From positions 4,400 to 68,399 of the IMG/VR virus record IMGVR_UViG_3300030118_004979: DNA of 64,000 nucleotides; one strand, given 5' to 3'. The notes beneath the pieces were generated by a model. That model ran no database searches, had not been told where the DNA came from, and saw only the letters and a list, made by a program, of their open reading frames with translations. Source of the stretch: a virus. A program made the position numbers and the translations under genes. Below, one piece after another: positions 58,096-64,000 of this stretch (positions are counted from its first letter, which is position 1; the number at the start of each line of letters is the position of its first letter).

Positions 58096-58355
58096 AAAAA
58101 TATTTGATAAAGAAACTAATCAGTGGTTATAGAATTAATCCCAGTTTATCTGGGATGACACTGGTTGGTATTCCACATAATGTCAAAGATAACAGTATAC
58201 AGGTTCAGTATGCTGATCAAAAAATGATAATAAATAGTAATACACCTTTATTAGGTAAAAAATCATTTAAAGATAAATTTGGACGTGATAAAACGTACAT
58301 ACTTTATTACTATGAATGGACACCTAATAAAACACAAATAAAATTAGAGTTATGA
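58092..58355 (+). CDS. hypothetical protein
   Basis: FKDKFGR..Y.LYYYEW; coupled to neighbours. Confidence 0.6.
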   Translation: MKKYLIKKLISGYRINPSLSGMTLVGIPHNVKDNSIQVQYADQKMIINSNTPLLGKKSFKDKFGRDKTYILYYYEWTPNKTQIKLEL

Positions 58356-58492
58356 AATATATATTAAAAACTAGTGGCAAAGAAATATACATATATAGAA
58401 AATATTGGTTGTTTAAATCATTGTACTGTATATTTCCACAAGAAGAATTAAAAGAAGCTATAGAATATTTAAATTATATTAATGACAGGTAA
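58352..58492 (+). CDS. small hypothetical protein (46 aa, not in ORF track)
   Basis: MKYILKTSGKEIYIYRKYWLF...; ATGA-coupled and fills the gap. Confidence 0.5.
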   Translation: MKYILKTSGKEIYIYRKYWLFKSLYCIFPQEELKEAIEYLNYINDR

Positions 58493-58745
58493 AGACGTAG
58501 AAAACTACATATGCAATACATATGGCAAACATGCATTAAGACATGATCCTTATGCCTTAGCAGAAGCAATAAATCAAACACAACAAGATATGGACTATGA
58601 AAACGAGTGGGATTTATTTTATTTATTAATTGAAAACAAACCAATACCATCTTTGTTAACACATAGTTATGGGTTTCATACACGTAATGGTAGAGGTATA
58701 ATAGAAAGAATTAAAAGTTATTATTATGAATACCAAGAAATATAG
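58482..58745 (+). CDS. hypothetical protein
   Basis: 87 aa in the early cluster. Confidence 0.55.
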   Translation: MTGKDVENYICNTYGKHALRHDPYALAEAINQTQQDMDYENEWDLFYLLIENKPIPSLLTHSYGFHTRNGRGIIERIKSYYYEYQEI

Positions 58746-58947
58746 AATATTTTTCAATAGAACATACTACTCATATATAGAAGTAGAATATCCAGATGAT
58801 GGTGCAGATCACAAAGAAATAATTAACGAATTGATTGAAGATGGTGATAAAGAGATTTGGACTGAAATGGCTGAAGCAGAATTATCACAGATGGGTATTG
58901 AAGATGAAGAGTGGGAAATAGTAGAAGTAAAATCTAAAAATAAATAA
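58726..58947 (+). CDS. small acidic hypothetical protein
   Basis: Glu/Asp-rich; such early proteins include DNA-mimic anti-defence factors (unproven here). Confidence 0.55.
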   Translation: MNTKKYRIFFNRTYYSYIEVEYPDDGADHKEIINELIEDGDKEIWTEMAEAELSQMGIEDEEWEIVEVKSKNK

Positions 58948-58949
58948 TT

Positions 58950-59366
58950 ATGGGTACAAGAAGTTTAACTTATATAAAAGATGAATACGAACATAATGAT
59001 AATATTATCATATGTATGTATCGTCAATATGACGGCTATTTAAGCGGTCATGGTAAAGAATTAGCAGAATTTTTGCAAGATTTTAATGTTGTTAATGGTT
59101 ATAATATGCATACTCCTGCTCGTTCTTTTAATGGTATGGGTTGTTTAGCAGCACAGCTTGTTGCACACTTTAAAGATGGTATAGGTAATATTTATTTATA
59201 TCCACCCAATACATCAGATGTTGGAGAAGAGTTTATATATGTAATATCACTAATTGATAATCAAATAAATATTGAAGTCAGAGATGTATGGAATAATAAA
59301 ATCATATTCAGTGGTACACCAAAGGAAGTATTGACGGAAATGGAAATCATAAATTATGGTGAATAA
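58950..59366 (+). CDS. conserved phage protein (MGTRS...YRQYDGY family)
   Basis: MGTRSLT..MYRQYDGYLSGHG..NGMGCLAAQL. Confidence 0.65.
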   Translation: MGTRSLTYIKDEYEHNDNIIICMYRQYDGYLSGHGKELAEFLQDFNVVNGYNMHTPARSFNGMGCLAAQLVAHFKDGIGNIYLYPPNTSDVGEEFIYVISLIDNQINIEVRDVWNNKIIFSGTPKEVLTEMEIINYGE

Positions 59367-59393
59367 ACTAATTAAAAATTAACATTCAATAAT

Positions 59394-60287
59394 ATGCTTA
59401 ATACAGAAACTATATTACAACAAAACGGCCTTGATTGGGAGGTCGTTAAAAAACCATTAATGTACTCAGGACAATGCACTCCTGAGGCTAATAATGGATT
59501 ACACGATACACCATACTATGCACTTGTCAGATCAGATAATGGTGAAGTATTAAATAGTGTATCAAAATCTTATACACCAACGCAAAACTATACTATCATA
59601 GAAACTATGCGAAATATTGCAAAAGACAATGATCTTGAAATTGTAACAGCATTATCATTGCATGGTGGTAGAAAAATTGTTGTTCAAATGCAAAGATATA
59701 ATAACATTACAGTTATTGGTGGTGAAAGAACACAAGAATATATATATGCTATGAATAGTCATGATGGTTCTTGTTCATTAAAATTTGGATTTATGAATAA
59801 AGTTATGTTCTGTCAAAATCAGTTTGCTTGGATGTCAAAAAATGCATTTGCAAGTTATAGACACACTAAATCTATACAAGATAAAGTGGGTTTATTGTCT
59901 GGAATGATTGATTTTACAGATCATGATAGTAAAATAGCTGATCTTCATGATTTTGCAACACAAAGTGTAACAAAACAACTTATAAAAGATACAGTAGATT
60001 ACTTAATTAACACAGATCGTCTAAATCCTCATAATTTACAATATAGCAATACAAATAAAGAATTTTCCACAAGATTAAAAAATCAACGTGAAAAACTTGA
60101 ACAATGTATTATGCTTGAAATGTATAGAGTAGGTCATAACAAATGGGGCTTATTTAATGGTGTAACACAGTTTACAACACATCACAAATCAGCTCCAAAA
60201 CGTACTTTTGGTCAACAAGAATCTATTCTTATTGGCGCATGTAGTAAAATGAATAATAGAGCTTTTGAGTATATTAAAAATTATTAA
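59394..60287 (+). CDS. DUF932 (TIGR03299-like) protein
   Basis: GLDWEV, NSHDGS, FCQNQ, RHT, WGLFNGVT motifs. Confidence 0.8.
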   Translation: MLNTETILQQNGLDWEVVKKPLMYSGQCTPEANNGLHDTPYYALVRSDNGEVLNSVSKSYTPTQNYTIIETMRNIAKDNDLEIVTALSLHGGRKIVVQMQRYNNITVIGGERTQEYIYAMNSHDGSCSLKFGFMNKVMFCQNQFAWMSKNAFASYRHTKSIQDKVGLLSGMIDFTDHDSKIADLHDFATQSVTKQLIKDTVDYLINTDRLNPHNLQYSNTNKEFSTRLKNQREKLEQCIMLEMYRVGHNKWGLFNGVTQFTTHHKSAPKRTFGQQESILIGACSKMNNRAFEYIKNY

Positions 60288-60525
60288 TATGAAAGTAATT
60301 ATAAATAAAAATCAACAAAAAATTAATTTTAAAAATCATGTTGGGACTATCATAATGATAGCCCAACAAAAAGCTGAAGCGGGATATGATAGGTTTTCCT
60401 ATCCAATACCGTACGGTCAGGGCATAAATTTAGAAAACTTAATTAATGCAGTAGAAAAACAAACTGAACAATCAGTGTATGCATTTTGTAGAAATGGAAT
60501 AATTAAATTTAGAATAAGAGATTAA
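60265..60525 (+). CDS. hypothetical protein
   Basis: ORF in the early operon; true start probably slightly downstream. Confidence 0.5.
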   Translation: MSILKIINMKVIINKNQQKINFKNHVGTIIMIAQQKAEAGYDRFSYPIPYGQGINLENLINAVEKQTEQSVYAFCRNGIIKFRIRD

Positions 60526-60529
60526 GAAA

Positions 60530-60775
60530 ATGAAAATAAAAAACCCAACTAAATATTGGACTAAAAAAGCTGCTGATCATTTGATCGGCAAAAAAATTGT
60601 AGCCGTAGAATATCTTCTTGATTCAGAGTTAGAAGAATTTATGTGGCACAAATCACCCCTAGCAATAAAGCTAGATGATAATCATTGGATTTATCCAACT
60701 ATGGATGATGAAGGTAATGACGGTGGTGCTATGTTTACAACTTATAAAGATTTGCCATGCATTCCAGTGATATAG
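60530..60775 (+). CDS. conserved hypothetical phage protein
   Basis: LIGKKIVAVEY..MDDEGNDGGA motif. Confidence 0.6.
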   Translation: MKIKNPTKYWTKKAADHLIGKKIVAVEYLLDSELEEFMWHKSPLAIKLDDNHWIYPTMDDEGNDGGAMFTTYKDLPCIPVI

Positions 60776-60975
60776 ATGTTTCTGTAAGTAAATTAATTGT
60801 ACTTGATTATCGTAAAAATATTACATTTATCTATACTTTGCCTTATGAATTTTGTAATCATAACATGCAAAAAGACTTTATAGAAGAAATAGTAATAGAA
60901 TTTATGCGTAATAATGGTCATAAATCTAAGTGGTGTCAGTGGATGTTTACTAAGAATGAAGTAATAATTAAATAA
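60757..60975 (+). CDS. hypothetical protein
   Basis: 72 aa, overlaps the upstream gene. Confidence 0.5.
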   Translation: MHSSDIDVSVSKLIVLDYRKNITFIYTLPYEFCNHNMQKDFIEEIVIEFMRNNGHKSKWCQWMFTKNEVIIK

Positions 60976-60976
60976 T

Positions 60977-60984
60977 TATATTTG
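60977..60984 (+). promoter_or_regulatory. Bacteroidota -7 element TATATTTG upstream of helicase
   Basis: 18 nt upstream of the 61003 ATG. Confidence 0.55.
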
Positions 60985-61002
60985 TAAATCAAAACAAACT
61001 TA

Positions 61003-62292
61003 ATGGATACACAAGAAATTGAACAAATTTTATTGGCTAAAATCATTGTATCAAATAAATTAATTGATGATATGGGTGATTACTTGCATAAAGATTTGTT
61101 TGAAGATCCATTTCACAAGTCAGTTTATCATGCAATAAAAACATTACATAAACAAAACAAAACTATTGATATATTATCTCTGTCTACTTACATAGGTGGA
61201 GATAATATAACAAGAGATATAGCTGATATTATAGTATATGATTCAGTTTACTACTCTGCACAAACTTGTGTAGCAGTATTAACAGAAAAATATCAAAAAA
61301 GTTTATTGGCTCACATTGTTAGTGATGTAAATAATAGCTTAAGTAACCAAGAAGAACTTGAACTTATTATAGATAAATTAAATGTAAATTTAGAAAAACT
61401 ACAAATTGCAGAACCTACTAAGCTTTCTGATATTAATCAACAAGCGATGAATTTTCTCAGTGATGTAGAACTTAGAATGAACACAGAAGGGTTACTTGGC
61501 ATATCTTCTGGCTTTGAATCTATAGATAAATTTACAGGTGGTTGGCAAGAAACAGATTTAATTGTTGTAGGTGGAGCGTCATCTATGGGTAAGACTAGCT
61601 TTGCTTTAGCTCTTGCTTATAATGCAGCTCTACACTCTTCTACACCAACAGTAATATTTTCTTATGAAATGTCTGCTATACAATTAATACGTAGACTTGC
61701 ATCTATGGATTCAGGTATTTCTAACAGATATATTACAAATGGTACAATCAATATGGAAGAACTAAAACGTATACATGGATCTATTTCTAATATACAAAAC
61801 CTACCATTACATATTGATGAAACAAATGTAACATCATTAAATTATTTATTACGTAGAATAAGAGAATATGTAACTACAAAGAATGTAAAACTTATTATGG
61901 TTGATTATTTACAGCTTGTAAGTTATAAATCAAAAGGTTCTACTAGAGAACAAGAAGTTAGTCAAGTGGCAAGATCATTAAAAAATTTAGCCAAAGAACT
62001 AAATATAACTATTATAGCACTTAGTCAGCTTAACCGTGGTGTTGGTATGCGTAATAACAGTAAGCCAACGCTTGCAGACTTACGTGAATCAGGCGAAATA
62101 GAACAAGCATCTGATGTTGTAATACTTATATATAGGCCTGAATATTATGGTATAGAATTTAATGATAATGGCACTTCAGCTAAAAACTCTGCAACTATAA
62201 TTTTTGCCAAAGGTAGAAACATAGGTGTAGGCGAAGTTACATTAGGATTTAAAAATGAGATAACTAAATTTGTAGACTATGAAACTATTTAA
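61003..62292 (+). CDS. dnaB: replicative DNA helicase DnaB
   Basis: Walker A GASSMGKT, FSYEM, MVDYLQL, LSQLNR, DLRESGEIEQASD, AKGRN. Confidence 0.93.
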   Translation: MDTQEIEQILLAKIIVSNKLIDDMGDYLHKDLFEDPFHKSVYHAIKTLHKQNKTIDILSLSTYIGGDNITRDIADIIVYDSVYYSAQTCVAVLTEKYQKSLLAHIVSDVNNSLSNQEELELIIDKLNVNLEKLQIAEPTKLSDINQQAMNFLSDVELRMNTEGLLGISSGFESIDKFTGGWQETDLIVVGGASSMGKTSFALALAYNAALHSSTPTVIFSYEMSAIQLIRRLASMDSGISNRYITNGTINMEELKRIHGSISNIQNLPLHIDETNVTSLNYLLRRIREYVTTKNVKLIMVDYLQLVSYKSKGSTREQEVSQVARSLKNLAKELNITIIALSQLNRGVGMRNNSKPTLADLRESGEIEQASDVVILIYRPEYYGIEFNDNGTSAKNSATIIFAKGRNIGVGEVTLGFKNEITKFVDYETI

Positions 62293-62440
62293 AATAATAG
62301 GCAGACATCCAATGCTTTCAATTGCGATTTTAACATTAATAATATTAATGATAACACCAATAATGATTGCTCTATTTATATCAACTTGCGTTGTCTTGCC
62401 TATGTATTTAACTGTTCAATTATTTTATAATAAAGATTAA
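62279..62440 (+). CDS. small membrane protein (53 aa, not in ORF track)
   Basis: MKLFKIIGRHPMLSIAILTLIILMITPIMIALFISTCVVLPMYLTVQLFYNKD. Confidence 0.55.
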   Translation: MKLFKIIGRHPMLSIAILTLIILMITPIMIALFISTCVVLPMYLTVQLFYNKD

Positions 62441-62445
62441 AATGT

Positions 62446-62453
62446 TATATTTG
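62446..62453 (+). promoter_or_regulatory. Bacteroidota -7 element TATATTTG
   Basis: 4 nt upstream of the GTG at 62458. Confidence 0.5.
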
Positions 62454-62457
62454 TCTT

Positions 62458-62706
62458 GTGAAAGACAAACAAAACAAAATAACTAGGGTAAAAGATATTG
62501 TATCTGAGATAGCTCATGATTTGAAAATTGATAAAAAATTAGTAAAAAAAGTATTACTATTTACGTTTCAAGAAATATCACTAACCTTATTATTAAAATC
62601 AAAACCTATAATGATCAGAAGATTTATAAAGTTCGTTATAGCAATGAAAAATATCAAAACAAAAACAAATGGATTTAAATCAACTAAAGAAAGAGTTACC
62701 TTATAA
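62458..62706 (+). CDS. HU/IHF-like DNA-binding protein
   Basis: DIVSEIAHDLKIDKKLVKKVL..I...L....I.IRRF.KF pattern. Confidence 0.6.
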   Translation: MKDKQNKITRVKDIVSEIAHDLKIDKKLVKKVLLFTFQEISLTLLLKSKPIMIRRFIKFVIAMKNIKTKTNGFKSTKERVTL

Positions 62707-63130
62707 GTGGCGTGTACAGTCCACTAGATTTGGTAAATCAACTTGTGTCGCATATATAGACGCAAGAGACTGTCAAGATTTACTAGATGAAGTAGTAGGT
62801 CCTGATAAATGGCAAAGTATATTTTATGAAGAAAATGGATTACTATTTTGTAAAGTAGGTATACTTTGTAATGATAATATTTGGATATGGAAATCAGACA
62901 CAGGATCAGAGTCTAATGTAGAAAAAGATAAAGGTCATGTTTCAGATGCATTTAAACGTGCATGTGTATCGTGGGGTATAGGTAGATTCTTGTATAGACT
63001 ACCAATACAAACACTTACTACAAAACAATGGAAGGGTAAAGAATATCCATATGCTCCTGAAAAAGATAAAATTATATTTGATGGAGACACCCTTACAAAA
63101 TATATAAATTGGAAACTCAAAAATAATTAA
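62669..63130 (+). CDS. Sak/Rad52-family single-strand annealing protein
   Basis: AYIDAR..LDEVVG..WQ..KSDTG..KG..SDAFKRACVSWGIGRFLY. Confidence 0.85.
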   Translation: MDLNQLKKELPYKWRVQSTRFGKSTCVAYIDARDCQDLLDEVVGPDKWQSIFYEENGLLFCKVGILCNDNIWIWKSDTGSESNVEKDKGHVSDAFKRACVSWGIGRFLYRLPIQTLTTKQWKGKEYPYAPEKDKIIFDGDTLTKYINWKLKNN

Positions 63131-63132
63131 TT

Positions 63133-63351
63133 ATGGAAACTTATATACCAAAAAACAGTATCAATATACCTGTTGAAGACGGCAATATAGCAAATTGGAG
63201 TAAGGAAGAACTCATGAAAGAACTGCAAAATCTAAAACAAGAAAATGCAAGACTTAGAAAAAACAATGAGACTTATAAATTGAAGTATATAGCGTTAATA
63301 GAAAAATTAGGAAACTTAAAAAATATAATAAATGAAAGTATTACCCTTTAA
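63133..63351 (+). CDS. small coiled-coil protein
   Basis: Heptad pattern LQNLKQENARL. Confidence 0.55.
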   Translation: METYIPKNSINIPVEDGNIANWSKEELMKELQNLKQENARLRKNNETYKLKYIALIEKLGNLKNIINESITL

Positions 63352-63913
63352 TTTAAACACTACAGTCGTAACAAGAGCTAAAGGTGAAAAAATAGATTAC
63401 ATAGAGCCTGGTTCTCATTTATGTAAGATTACAAGTATCACAACTTCAGATGATCTTGATAACTATAATGGATCTCCATTTATAGATTTTAATGTTACAT
63501 CAAATAATAAAGTTGGTAGATGTAGATTCTGGGCTGTTAAACAAACAGACAAACCTAAAACACAAGAATGGAAAACTAAACAAATAAAAGATTTTCTTAT
63601 TAATGCTGGTGTTAGAGATTTTTCTGATGATAGTCAAGCAATGAATGATGCTGTAGGCAAATCACTTATGATAGCATTTATATCAGAAGAATATATATCT
63701 ATAAATAAACAAACAGAAGAACCTGTAATCAGAGAATCTATCAAGTATAGATGGAGTTCTAAAGAAGGTGGTAAATGTACATATAGTCCTGACATGAATA
63801 AACAACTAACAGAAGACGAAATGTCTGAGTTTAGTATGAAACATAGTGAATGGACTAAAAACGCCAACACAGATTATGTTGGTTCGGATGTAGAGGACGA
63901 TTTACCATTTTAA
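63332..63913 (+). CDS. putative single-stranded DNA-binding protein (OB fold)
   Basis: YIEPGSH..I..I OB-like start; acidic tail VEDDLPF; adjacent to Sak. Confidence 0.65.
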   Translation: MKVLPFNLNTTVVTRAKGEKIDYIEPGSHLCKITSITTSDDLDNYNGSPFIDFNVTSNNKVGRCRFWAVKQTDKPKTQEWKTKQIKDFLINAGVRDFSDDSQAMNDAVGKSLMIAFISEEYISINKQTEEPVIRESIKYRWSSKEGGKCTYSPDMNKQLTEDEMSEFSMKHSEWTKNANTDYVGSDVEDDLPF

Positions 63914-64000
63914 GAGATAACAAATCCCAAGGGTATCAGGTAGAATATATAAATAAACTGTATGTTCCCTTCGTTACTAAAGGGGGTGTAAAGACACAAA

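Larger units (their letters stand above)
1..64000. mobile_element. crAss-like bacteriophage genome segment
   Basis: Gene order TerL-portal-scaffold-MCP-ring proteins-muzzle-cargo-vRNAP; opposite-strand early/replication block; no bacterial housekeeping genes. Confidence 0.9.

Noticed and set aside
1-64000. Prophage state, tRNA genes, IS elements
   Set aside because: No integrase, att-like junction, host genes, cloverleaf or transposase was recognised by eye.

Overview
AT-rich 64 kb segment of a lytic crAss-like (Crassvirales-type) phage that most likely infects a Bacteroidota/Flavobacteriia host, probably aquatic. Host evidence: repeated TAnnTTTG promoter elements, A-rich leaders without Shine-Dalgarno sites, Q-rule signal peptides and a T9SS sorting domain. 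The minus-strand block (~1474-54709) is the late/virion module in crAss-like order: terminase large subunit, portal, scaffold-like protein, major capsid protein, ring proteins, IHF-like protein, muzzle/stabilisation protein, three cargo proteins (one with a tail lysozyme domain) and a 3817-aa virion RNA polymerase (DLDGD motif plus zincin HExxH). These are followed by tail/lectin genes, a secreted-protein module, a cluster of small basic proteins, a holin, a DUF5675 endolysin candidate and a metallophosphoesterase. After a divergent, largely non-coding switch region (~54710-55510) the plus strand carries small early genes and replication/recombination genes (DUF932, DnaB helicase, HU-like, Sak/Rad52, SSB-like). 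A RecE-like nuclease and DUF3310 lie at the left edge. Most notable: (1) a translationally coupled envelope module of beta-barrel, membrane-anchored coiled coil, CxxC-less thioredoxin and Cys-repeat T9SS cargo protein; (2) unrelated small basic proteins sharing a C-terminal RQLD/QHD tag and a [YF]xxGG[KR] motif also seen in virion cargo proteins; (3) an E3-binding-like domain inside the virion RNAP; (4) candidate structured RNAs in the early leader region. All family assignments come from motif recognition by eye, not database searches.
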